A stretch of DNA of 64,000 nt from the NCBI GenBank assembly GCA_964016885.1, contig OZ024743.1, positions 139,314,001 to 139,378,000 of the forward strand. The letters are read 5' to 3'. The translations under genes were made by a program, and so were the position numbers. The notes beneath the pieces were generated by a model. It saw nothing but the letters and a program-made list of their open reading frames with translations, was not told the origin of the DNA and made no database searches. Position 1 is the stretch's first letter. Each line of letters starts with the position of its first letter. Below are positions 35,301 through 46,900 of this stretch, piece by piece. This DNA comes from Eledone cirrhosa (taxonomy: Eukaryota).

Positions 35301-38300
35301 CTTGGTGTTTGGTGTTTGGTGCTTGGTGTTTGGTGCTTGGTGCTTGGTGCTTGGTGCTTGGTGTTAGGTGTTTGGTGCTTGGTGCTTGGTGTTTGGTGCT
35401 TGGTGTTTGCTGTCTGGTGTTTGGTGTTTGGTGTTTGGTGTTTGCTGTTTGGTGTCTGCTTTTTGGTGTTTGGTGTTTGCTGTATGCTGTTTGGTGTTTG
35501 GTGTTTGGTGTTTGCTGTATGGTGTTTGCTGTCTCGTGTTTGGTGTTTGCTGTTTGGTGTTTGGTGTTTGCTGTTTGGTGTTTGGTCTTTGGTGCTTGGT
35601 GTTTGGTGCTTGGTGCTTGGTGTTTGGTGTTTGGTGCTTGGTGTTTGGTGTTTGGTGCTTGGTGCTTGGTGCTTGGTGTTTGGTGTTTGGTGTTTGGTGC
35701 TTGGTGTCTGGTGCTTGGTGTTTGGTGTTTGGTGTTTGGTGCTTGGTGTTTGGTGTTTGGTGTTTGGTGTTTGGTGCTTGTTGCTTGGTACTTGGTGCTT
35801 GGTGTTTGGTGCTTGGTGCTTGGTGTTTGGTGCTGGGTGCTTGGTGTTTGGTGCTTGGTGCTTGGTGCTTGGTGTTTGGTGTTTGGTGCTTGGTGCTTGG
35901 TGCTTGGTGTTTGGTGTTTGGTGCTTGGTGTTTTATGCTTGGTGTTTGATGTTTGGTGCTTGGTGCTTGGTGTTTGGTGCTTGGTGCTTGGTGTTTGTAC
36001 TTGGTGCTTGGTGCTTGGTTCTTGGTGTTTGGTGCTTGGTGCTTGGTGCTTGGTGCTTGGTGTTTGGTGCTTGGTGTTTGGTGCTTGGTGTTTGGTGCTT
36101 GGTGCCTGGTGCTTGGTGCTTGGTGCTTGGTGTTTGGTGCTTGGTGTTTGGTGCTTGGTATTAGGTGTTTGGTGCTTGGTGCTTGGTGTTTGGTGTTTGG
36201 TGCTTGGTGTTTGGTGCTTGGTGCTTGGTGTTTGGTGTTTGGTGCTTGGTGTTTGGTGCTTGGTACTTGGTGCTTGGTGCTTGGTGTTAGGTGTTTGGTG
36301 CTTGGTGCTTGGTGTTTGGTTTTTGGTGCTTGGTGCTTGGTGTTTGGTGTTTGGTGCTTGCTGCTGGCTGCTTGCTGTTTGGTGCTTGGTGATTGGTGCT
36401 TGGTGTTTGGTGCTTGGTGTTTGGTGTTTGGTACTAGGTGCTTGGTGCTTGGTGTTTGGTGCTTGGTGCTTGGTGTTTGGTGTTTGGTGCTTGGTGCTTG
36501 GTGTTTGGTGCTTGGTGCTGGGTGCTGGGTGGTTGGTGTTTGGTGTTTGGTGTTTGGTGCTGGGTGCTTGGTGTTTGGTGCTTGGTGTTTGGTCTTTGGT
36601 GTTTGGTGTTTGGTGTTTGGTGCTTGGTGCTTGGTGCTTGGTGTTTGGTGCTTGGTGCTTGGTGTTTGGTGCTTGGTGCTTAGTGTTTGGTGCTAGGTGC
36701 TTGGGGTTTGGTGTTTGGTGCTTGGTGCTTGGTGCTTGGTGTTTGGTGTTTGGTGTTTGCTGTTTGGTGTTTGGTGTTTGGTGTTTGCTGTTTGGTGTCT
36801 GCTTTTTGGTGTTTGGTGTTGGCTGTGTTATTTGCTGTTTGGTGTTTGGTGTTTGGTGTTTGGTGCTTGGTGCTTGGTGTTTGGTGTTTGGTGCTTGGTG
36901 CTTGGAGTTTGGTGTTTGGTGCTTGGTGCTTGGTGTTTTGTGTTTGGTGTTTGGTTTTTGGTGCTTGGTGCTTGGTGCTTGTTGCTTGGTCCTTGGTGTT
37001 TGGTGCTTGGTGCTTGGTGTTTGTACTTGGTGCTTGGTGCTTGGTGTTTGGTTCTTGGTTCTTGGTGTTTGGTACTTGGTGCTTGGTGCTCGGTGCTTGG
37101 TGTTTGGTGTTTGGTGCTTGGTGTTTGGTGCTTGGTGCTTGGTGCTTGGTGTTAGGTGTTTGGTGCTTGGTGCATGGTGTTTGGTGCTTGGTGTTTGGTG
37201 TTTGCTGTTTGGTGTTTGGTGCTTGGTGTTTGGTGTTTGCTGTTTGGTGTCTGCTTTTTGGTGTTTGGTGTTTGCTGTATGGTGTTTGCTGTTTCGTGTT
37301 TGGTGTTTGCTGTTTGGTGTTTGGTGTTTGCTGTTTGGTGTTTGGTCTTTGGTGCTTGGTGTTTGGTGCTTGGTGCTTGGTGTTTGGTGTTTGGTGCTTG
37401 GTGCTTGGTGCTTCGTGTTTGGTGTTTGGTGCTTGGTGTCTGGAGCTTGGTGTTTGGTGTTTGGTGCTTGGTATTTGGTGTTTGGTGCTTGGTGCTTGGT
37501 GTTTGGTGCTTGGTGCTTGGTGTTTGTACTTGGTGCTTGGTGCTTGGTGTTTGGTGCTTGGTTCTTGGTGTTTGGTGCTTGGTGTTTGGTGCTTGGTGCT
37601 TGGTGTTTGGTGCTTGGTGCTTGGTGTTTGGTGTTTGGTGCTTGGTGCTTGGTGCTTGGTGTTTGGTGTTTGGTGCTTGGTGCTTGGTGTTTGGTGTTTG
37701 GTTCTTGGTGCTTGGTATTTGGTGCTTGGTGCTTGCTGCTTGGTGTTTGGTGCTTGGTGATTGATGCTTGGTGTTTGATGCTTGGTGCTTGGTGTTTGGT
37801 TTTTGGTGCTAGGTGCTTGGTGCTTGGTGTTTGGTGCTTGGTGTTTGGTGTTTGCTGCTTGGTGCTTAGGGCTTGGTGTTTGGTACTTGGTGCTTGGTGC
37901 TTGGTGTTTGGTGCTTGGTGCTTGGTGTATGGTGTTTGGTGTTTGGTGCTTGGTGTTTGGTGTTTGGTGCTTGGTGCTTGGTGTTTGTTGCTTGGTACTT
38001 GGTTCATGGTGTTTGGTGCTGGGTGCTTGGTGTTTGGTGCTTGGTGCTTGGTGTTTGGTGTTTGGTGCTTGGTGTTTGGTGTTTGGTGCTTGGTGCTTGG
38101 TGTTTGTTGCTTGGTACTTGGTGCATGGTGTTTGGTGCTGGTTGCTTGGTGTTTGGTGCTTGGTGTTTGGTGCTTGGTGTTTGGTGTTTGGTGTTTGGTG
38201 TTTGATGCTTGGTGTTTGATGCTTGGTGCTTGGTGCTTGGTGTTTGGTGCTTGGTGTTTGTACTTGGTGCTTGGTGTTTTGTGCTTGGTTCTTTGTGTTT

Positions 38301-39809
38301 GGTGTTTGGTGCTTGGTGCTTGGTGCTTGGTGTTAGGTGTTTGGTGCTTGGTGCTTGGTGTTTGGTGTTTGGTACTAGGTGCTTGGTGATTGGTGTTTGG
38401 CGCTTGGTGCTTGGTGTTTGGTGTTTGGTGTTTGGTGCTTGCTGCTTGGTGCTTGGTGCTGGGTGGTTGGTGTTTGGTGCTTGGTGATTAGTGTTTGGTG
38501 CTAGGTGCTTGGGGTTTGGTGTTTAGTGCTTGGTGCTTGGTGTTTGGTGCTTGGTGCTTGGTGTTTGGTGCTTGGTGCTTGGTGTTTGGTGTTTGCTGTT
38601 TGCTGTTTGGTGTTTGTTGTTTGGTGTTTGTTGTTTGGTGTTTGCTGTTTGGTGTTTGGTATTTGGTGTTTGCTGTTTGGTGTCTGCTTTTTGGTGTTTG
38701 GTGTTTGCTGTATGTTGTTTGCTGTTTGGTGTTTGGTGTTTGGTGTTTGGTGTTTGGTGCTTGGTGCTTGGTGTTTGGTGCTTGGTGCTTGGTGTTTGGT
38801 GCCTGGTGCTTGGTACTTGGTGTTTGGTGTTTGGTGCTTGGTGCTTGGTGCTTGGAGTTTGGTGTTTGGTGCTTGGTGCTTGGTGTTTTGTGTTTGGTGT
38901 TTGGTTTTTGGTGCTTGGTGCTTGGTGCTTGGTACTTAGTCCTTGGTGTTTGGTGCTTGGTGCTTGGTGTTTGTACTTGGTGCTTGGTGCTTGGTGTTTG
39001 GTTCTTGGTTCTTGGTGTTTGGTACTTGGTGCTTGGTGCTTGGTGCTTGGTGTTTGGTGTTTGGTGCTTGGTGTTTGGTGCTTGGTGCTTGGTGCTTGGT
39101 GCTTGGTGTTAGGTGTTTGGTGCTTGGTGCTTGGTGTTTGGTGCTTGGTGTTTGCTGTCTGGTGTTTGGTGTTTGGTGTTTGGTGTTTGCTGTTTGGTGT
39201 CTGCTTTTTGGTGTTTGGTGTTTGCTGTATGGTGTTTGCTGTTTGGTGTTTGGTGCTTCGTGTTTGGTGTTTGGTCTTTGGTGATTGGTGTCTGGTGCTT
39301 GATGTTTGGTGTTTGGTGTTTGGTGCTTGGTGCTTGGTGTTTGGTGCTTGGTGCTTGGTGTTTGTACTTGGTGCTTGGTGCTTGGTGTTTGGTGCTTGGT
39401 TCTTGGTGTTTGGTGCTTGGTGTTTGGTGCTTGGTGCTTGGTGTTTGGTGCTTGGTGCTTGGTGTTTGGTGTTTGGTGCTTGGTGCTTGGTGCTTGGTGT
39501 TAGGTGTTTGGTGCTTGGTGCTTGGTGTTTAGTGTTTGGTTCTTGGTGCTTGGTATTTGGTGCTTGGTGCTTGCTGCTTGGTGTTTGGTGCTTGGTGATT
39601 GATGCTTGGTGTTTGGTGCTTGGTGGCCAGTGTTTGGTTTTTGGTGCTAGGTGCTTGGTGCATGGTGTTTGGTGCTTGGTGTTTGGTGTTTGGTGGTTGG
39701 TGCTTGGGGATTGGTGTTTGGTACTTGGTGCTTGGTGCTTGGTGTTTGGTGCTTGGTGCTTGGTGTTTGGTGTTTGGTGCCTGGTGCTTGGTATTTGGTG
39801 CTTGGTGCT

Positions 39810-40968
39810 TGGTGTTTGGTGTTTGGTGCTTGGTGCTTGGTGTTTGGTGCTTGGTGCTTGGTGCTTGTTGTTTGGTGATTGGTGCTTGGTGCTTGGTGTT
39901 TGGTGCTTGGTGTTAGGTGTTTGGTGCTTGGTGCTTGGTGTTTGGTGTTTCGTGCTTGGTGTTTGGTGCTTGGTGCTTGGTGTTTGGTGTTTGGTGCTTG
40001 GTGTTTGGTGCTTGGTACTTGGTGCTTGGTGCTTGGTGTTAGGTGTTTGGTGCTTGGTGCTTGGTGTTTGGTTTTTGGTGCTTGGTGCTTGGTGTTTGGT
40101 GTTTGGTGCTTGCTGCTGGCTGCTTGGTGTTTGGTGCTTGGTGATTGGTGCTTGGTGTTTGGTGCTTGGTGTTTGGTGTTTGGTACTAGGTGCTTGGTGT
40201 TTGGTGTTTGGTGCTTGGTGCTTGGTGTTTGGTGTTTGGTGTTTGGTGCTTGGTGCTTGGTGCTTGGTGCTGGGTGGTTGGTGTTTGGTGCTTGGTGATT
40301 AGTGTTTGGTGCTAGGTGCTTGGGGTTTGGTGTTTGGTGCTTGGTGCTTGGTGTTTGGTGCTTGGTGGTTGGTGTTTGGTGCTTGGTGCTTGGTGCTTGG
40401 TGTTTGGTGCTTGGTGCTTGGTGTTTGGTGCTTGGTGCTTGGTGCTTGTTGTTTGGTGATTGGTGCTTGGTGCTTGGTGTTTGGTGCTTGGTGTTAGGTG
40501 TTTGGTGCTTGGTGCTTGGTGTTTGGTGTTTCGTGCTTGGTGTTTGGTGCTTGGTGCTTGGTGTTTGGTGTTTGGTGCTTGGTGTTTGGTGCTTGGTACT
40601 TGGTGCTTGGTGCTTGGTGTTAGGTGTTTGGTGCTTGGTGCTTGGTGTTTGGTTTTTGGTGCTTGGTGCTTGGTGTTTGGTGTTTGGTGCTTGCTGCTGG
40701 CTGCTTGGTGTTTGGTGCTTGGTGATTGGTGCTTGGTGTTTGGTGCTTGGTGTTTGGTGTTTGGTACTAGGTGCTTGGTGTTTGTTGTTTGGTGCTTGGT
40801 GCTTGGTGTTTGGTGTTTGGTGTTTGGTGCTTGGTGCTTGGTGCTTGGTGCTGGGTGGTTGGTGTTTGGTGCTTGGTGATTAGTGTTTGGTGCTAGGTGC
40901 TTGGGGTTTGGTGTTTGGTGCTTGGTGCTTGGTGTTTGGTGCTTGGTGGTTGGTGTTTGGTGCTTGGT
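39810..40968. repeat. Tandem duplication of 581 bp (83 monomers)
   Basis: ORFs 39879 and 40460 are near-identical. The homologous copy at 59.4-61 kb lacks the extra unit: the offset drops from 20258 to 19677, a difference of 581. Confidence 0.88.
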
Positions 40969-43900
40969 GGTTGGTGTTTGCTGTTTGCTGTTTGCTGTTT
41001 GCTGTTTGTTGTTTGGTGTTTGTTGATTGGTGTTTGCTGTTTGGTGCTTGGTGCTTGGTCTTTGGTGCTTGGTGTTTGGTGTTTGGTGCTTGGTGCTTTG
41101 TGTTTGGTGCTTGGTGATTAGTGTTTGGTGCTTGGTGCTTGGGGTTTGGTGTTTGGTGCTTGGTACTTGGTGTTTGGTGCTTGGTGTTTGGTGTTTGCTG
41201 TTTGGTGTTTGGTGTTTGGTGTTTGCTGTATGGTGTTTGCTGTTTCGTGTTTGGTGTTTGCTGTTTGGTGTTTGGTGTTTGCTGTTTGGTGTTTGGTCTT
41301 TGGTGCTTGGTGTTTGGTGCTTGGTGCTTGGTGTTTGGTGTTTGGTGCTTGGTGTTTGGTGTTTGGTGCTTGGTGCTTGGTGCTTGGTGTTTGGTGTTTG
41401 GTGTTTGGTGCTTGGTGTCTGGTGCTTGGTGTTTGGTGTTTGGTGTTTGGTGCTTGGTGTTTGGTGTTTGGTGTTTGGTGTTTGGTGCTTGTTGCTTGGT
41501 ACTTGGTGCTTGGTGTTTGGTGCTTGGTGCTTGGTGTTTGGTGCTGGGTGCTTGGTGTTTGGTGCTTGGTGCTTGGTGCTTGGTGTTTGGTGTTTGGTGC
41601 TTGGTGCTTGGTGCTTGGTGTTTGGTGTTTGGTGCTTGGTGTTTTATGCTTGGTGTTTGATGTTTGGTGCTTGGTGCTTGGTGTTTGGTGCTTGGTGCTT
41701 GGTGTTTGTACTTGGTGCTTGGTGCTTGGTTCTTGGTGTTTGGTGCTTGGTGCTTGGTGCTTGGTGCTTGGTGTTTGGTGCTTGGTGTTTGGTGCTTGGT
41801 GTTTGGTGCTTGGTGCCTGGTGCTTGGTGCTTGGTGCTTGGTGTTTGGTGCTTGGTGTTTGGTGCTTGGTATTAGGTGTTTGGTGCTTGGTGCTTGGTGT
41901 TTGGTGTTTGGTGCTTGGTGTTTGGTGCTTGGTGCTTGGTGTTTGGTGTTTGGTGCTTGGTGTTTGGTGCTTGGTACTTGGTGCTTGGTGCTTGGTGTTA
42001 GGTGTTTGGTGCTTGGTGCTTGGTGTTTGGTTTTTGGTGCTTGGTGCTTGGTGTTTGGTGTTTGGTGCTTGCTGCTGGCTGCTTGCTGTTTGGTGCTTGG
42101 TGATTGGTGCTTGGTGTTTGGTGCTTGGTGTTTGGTGTTTGGTACTAGGTGCTTGGTGCTTGGTGTTTGGTGCTTGGTGCTTGGTGTTTGGTGTTTGGTG
42201 CTTGGTGCTTGGTGTTTGGTGCTTGGTGCTGGGTGCTGGGTGGTTGGTGTTTGGTGTTTGGTGTTTGGTGCTGGGTGCTTGGTGTTTGGTGCTTGGTGTT
42301 TGGTCTTTGGTGTTTGGTGTTTGGTGTTTGGTGCTTGGTGCTTGGTGCTTGGTGTTTGGTGCTTGGTGCTTGGTGTTTGGTGCTTGGTGCTTAGTGTTTG
42401 GTGCTAGGTGCTTGGGGTTTGGTGTTTGGTGCTTGGTGCTTGGTGCTTGGTGTTTGGTGTTTGGTGTTTGCTGTTTGGTGTTTGGTGTTTGGTGTTTGCT
42501 GTTTGGTGTCTGCTTTTTGGTGTTTGGTGTTGGCTGTATGTTATTTGCTGTTTGGTGTTTGGTGTTTGGTGTTTGGTGCTTGGTGCTTGGTGTTTGGTGT
42601 TTGGTGCTTGGTGCTTGGAGTTTGGTGTTTGGTGCTTGGTGCTTGGTGTTTTGTGTTTGGTGTTTGGTTTTTGGTGCTTGGTGCTTGGTGCTTGTTGCTT
42701 GGTCCTTGGTGTTTGGTGCTTGGTGCTTGGTGTTTGTACTTGGTGCTTGGTGCTTGGTGTTTGGTTCTTGGTTCTTGGTGTTTGGTACTTGGTGCTTGGT
42801 GCTCGGTGCTTGGTGTTTGGTGTTTGGTGCTTGGTGTTTGGTGCTTGGTGCTTGGTGCTTGGTGTTAGGTGTTTGGTGCTTGGTGCATGGTGTTTGGTGC
42901 TTGGTGTTTGGTGTTTGCTGTTTGGTGTTTGGTGCTTGGTGTTTGGTGTTTGCTGTTTGGTGTCTGCTTTTTGGTGTTTGGTGTTTGCTGTATGGTGTTT
43001 GCTGTTTCGTGTTTGGTGTTTGCTGTTTGGTGTTTGGTCTTTGGTGCTTGGTGTTTGGTGCTTGGTGCTTGGTGTTTGGTGTTTGGTGCTTGGTGCTTGG
43101 TGCTTCGTGTTTGGTGTTTGGTGCTTGGTGTCTGGAGCTTGGTGTTTGGTGTTTGGTGCTTGGTATTTGGTGTTTGGTGCTTGGTGCTTGGTGTTTGGTG
43201 CTTGGTGCTTGGTGTTTGTACTTGGTGCTTGGTGCTTGGTGTTTGGTGCTTGGTTCTTGGTGTTTGGTGCTTGGTGTTTGGTGCTTGGTGCTTGGTGTTT
43301 GGTGCTTGGTGCTTGGTGTTTGGTGTTTGGTGCTTGGTGCTTGGTGCTTGGTGTTTGGTGTTTGGTGTTTGGTGCTTGGTGCTTGGTGTTTGGTGTTTGG
43401 TTCTTGGTGCTTGGTATTTGGTGCTTGGTGCTTGCTGCTTGGTGTTTGGTGCTTGGTGATTGATGCTTGGTGTTTGATGCTTGGTGCTTGGTGTTTGGTT
43501 TTTGGTGCTAGGTGCTTGGTGCTTGGTGTTTGGTGCTTGGTGTTTGGTGTTTGCTGCTTGGTGCTTGGGGCTTGGTGTTTGGTACTTGGTGCTTGGTGCT
43601 TGGTGTTTGGTGCTTGGTGCTTGGTGTATGGTGTTTGGTGTTTGGTGCTTGGTGTTTGGTGTTTGGTGCTTGGTGCTTGGTGTTTGTTGCTTGGTACTTA
43701 GTTCATGGTGTTTGGTGCTGGGTGCTTGGTGTTTGGTGCTTGGTGCTTGGTGTTTGGTGTTTGGTGCTTGGTGTTTGGTGTTTGGTGCTTGGTGCTTGGT
43801 GTTTGTTGCTTGGTACTTGGTGCATGGTGTTTGGTGCTGGGTGCTTGGTGTTTGGTGCTTGGTGTTTGGTGCTTGGTGCTTGGTGTTTGGTGTTTGGTGT

Positions 43901-46900
43901 TTGATGCTTGGTGTTTGATGCTTGGTGCTTGGTGCTTGGTGTTTGGTGCTTGGTGTTTGTACTTGGTGCTTGGTGTTTTGTGCTTGGTTCTTTGTGTTTG
44001 GTGTTTGGTGCTTGGTGCTTGGTGCTTGGTGTTAGGTGTTTGGTGCTTGGTGCTTGGTGTTTGGTGTTTGGTACTAGGTGCTTGGTGATTGGTGTTTGGC
44101 GCTTGGTGCTTGGTGTTTGGTGTTTGGTGTTTGGTGCTTGCTGCTTGGTGCTTGGTGCTGGGTGGTTGGTGTTTGGTGCTTGGTGATTAGTGTTTGGTGC
44201 TAGGTGCTTGGGGTTTGGTGTTTGGTGCTTGGTGCTTGGTGTTTGGTGCTTGGTGCTTGGTGTTTGGTGCTTGGTGCTTGGTGTTTGGTGTTTGCTGTTT
44301 GCTGTTTGGTGTTTGTTGTTTGGTGTTTGTTGTTTGGTGTTTGCTGTTTGGTGTTTGGTATTTGGTGTTTGCTGTTTGGTGTCTGCTTTTTGGTGTTTGG
44401 TGTTTGCTGTATGTTGTTTGGTGTTTGGTGTTTGGTGTTTGGTGTTTGGTGTTTGGTGCTTGGTGCTTGGTGTTTGGTGCTTGGTGCTTGGTGTTTGGTG
44501 CCTGGTGCTTGGTACTTGGTGTTTGGTGTCTGGTGCTTGGTGCTTGGTGCTTGGAGTTTGGTGTTTGGTGCTTGGTGCTTGGTGTTTTGTGTTTGGTGTT
44601 TGGTTTTTGGTGCTTGGTGCTTGGTGCTTGGCACTTAGTCCTTGGTGTTTGGTGCTTGGTGCTTGGTGTTTGTACTTGGTGCTTGGTGCTTGGTGTTTGG
44701 TTCTTGGTTCTTGGTGTTTGGTACTTGGTGCTTGGTGCTTGGTGCTTGGTGTTTGGTGTTTGGTGCTTGGTGTTTGGTGCTTGGTGCTTGGTGCTTGGTG
44801 CTTGGTGTTAGGTGTTTGGTGCTTGGTGCTTGGTGTTTGGTGCTTGGTGTTTGCTGTCTGGTGTTTGGTGTTTGGTGTTTGGTGTTTGCTGTTTGGTGTC
44901 TGCTTTTTGGTGTTTGGTGTTTGCTGTATGGTGTTTGCTGTTTGGTGTTTGGTGCTTCGTGTTTGGTGTTTGGTCTTTGGTGATTGGTGTCTGGTGCTTG
45001 ATGTTTGGTGTTTGGTGTTTGGTGCTTGGTGTTTGGTGCTTGGTGCTTGGTGTTTGTACTTGGTGCTTGGTGCTTGGTGTTTGGTGCTTGGTTCTTGGTG
45101 TTTGGTGCTTGGTGTTTGGTGCTTGGTGCTTGGTGTTTGGTGCTTGGTGCTTGGTGTTTGGTGTTTGGTGCTTGGTGCTTGGTGCTTGGTGTTAGGTGTT
45201 TGGTGCTTGGTGCTTGGTGTTTAGTGTTTGGTTCTTGGTGCTTGGTATTTGGTGGTTGGTGCTTGCTGCTTGGTGTTTGGTGCTTGGTGATTGATGCTTG
45301 GTGTTTGGTGCTTGGTGCCCAGTGTTTGGTTTTTGGTGCTAGGTGCTTGGTGCATGGTGTTTGGTGCTTGGTGTTTGGTGTTTGGTGGTTGGTGCTTGGG
45401 GATTGGTGTTTGGTACTTGGTGCTTGGTGCTTGGTGTTTGGTGCTTGGTGCTTGGTGTTTGGTGTTTGGTGCTTGGTGCTTGGTATTTGGTGCTTGGTGC
45501 TTGGTGTTTGGTGTTTGGTGCTTGGTGCTTGGTGTTTGGTGCTTGGTGCTTGGTGCTTGTTGTTTGGTGATTGGTGCTTGGTGCTTGGTGTTTGGTGTTT
45601 GGTGCTTGGGGCTTGGTGTTTGGTGCTGCGTGCTTGGTGCTTGGTGCTTGGTGCTTGGTGCTTGGTGTTTGATGCTTGGTGTTTGATGCTTTGTGTTTGG
45701 TGTTTGGTGTTTGGTGCTTGGTGTTTGGTGTTTGATGCTTGGTGCTTGATGCTTGGTGCTTGGTGCTTGGTGTTTGGTGCTTGGTGCTTGGTGTTTGGTG
45801 TTTGGTGCTTGGTGCTTGGTGTTTGGTGCTTGGTGCTTGGTGCTTGTTGTTTGATGATTGGTACTTGGTGCTTGGTGTTTGGTGTTTGGTGCTTGGGGCT
45901 TGGTGTTTGGTGCTGCGTGCTTGGTGCTTGGTGCTTGGTGCTTGGTGCTTGGTGTTTTGTGTTTGGTGTTTGATGCTTGGTGCTTGGTGTTTGGTGTTTG
46001 GTGCTTGGTGTTTGGTGTTTGCTGTTTGCTGTTTGCTGTTTCGTGTTTGCTGTTTGGTGTTTGGTGTTTGGTGTTTGCTGTATGTTGTTTGCTGTTTGGT
46101 GTTTGGTGTTTGGTGTTTGGTGTTTGGTGTTTGGTGCTTGGTGCTTGGTGTTTGGTGCTTGGTGCTTGGTGTTTGGTGCCTGGTGCTTGGTACTTGGTGT
46201 TTGGTGTTTGGTGCTTGGTGCTTGGTGCTTGGAGTTTGGTGTTTGGTGCTTGGTGCTTGGTGTTTTGTGTTTGGTGTTTGGTTTTTGGTGCTTGGTGCTT
46301 GGTGCTTGGCACTTAGTCCTTGGTGTTTGGTGCTTGGTGCTTGGTGTTTGTACTTGGTGCTTGGTGCTTGGTGTTTGGTTCTTGGTTCTTGGTGTTTGGT
46401 ACTTGGTGCTTGGTGCTTGGTGCTTGGTGTTTGGTGTTTGGTGCTTGGTGTTTGGTGCTTGGTGCTTGGTGCTTGGTGCTTGGTGTTAGGTGTTTGGTGC
46501 TTGGTGCTTGGTGTTTGGTGCTTGGTGTTTGCTGTCTGGTGTTTGGTGTTTGGTGTTTGGTGTTTGCTGTTTGGTGTCTGCTTTTTGGTGTTTGGTGTTT
46601 GCTGTATGGTGTTTGCTGTTTGGTGTTTGGTGCTTCGTGTTTGGTGTTTGGTGCTTCGTGTTTGGTGTTTGGTCTTTGGTGATTGGTGTCTGGTGCTTGA
46701 TGTTTGGTGTTTGGTGTTTGGTGCTTGGTGCTTGGTGTTTGGTGCTTGGTTCTTGGTGTTTGGTGCTTGGTGTTTGGTGCTTGGTGCTTGGTGTTTGGTG
46801 CTTGGTGCTTGGTGTTTGGTGTTTGGTGCTTGGTGCTTGGTGCTTGGTGTTAGGTGTTTGGTGCTTGGTGCTTGGTGTTTAGTGTTTGGTTCTTGGTGCT

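Noticed and set aside
35191-38007. Long - strand ORFs (up to 938 aa; also 11334-14063) of STKHQAP heptads resembling mucin or RNA polymerase II CTD-like repeats
   Set aside because: These are the same translation artefact. The periodicity is 7 nt rather than 21 nt, variants do not follow codon positions, and recurrent 6-bp monomers shift the frame freely.
35198-38389. Long + strand ORFs (up to 1063 aa) of WCLVLGA heptads resembling hydrophobic membrane proteins
   Set aside because: The consensus heptamer has no stop codon and all three frames give the same peptide. Starts are mostly TTG/GTG from the repeat and stops come from sporadic A variants. There is no unique domain or coding signal.
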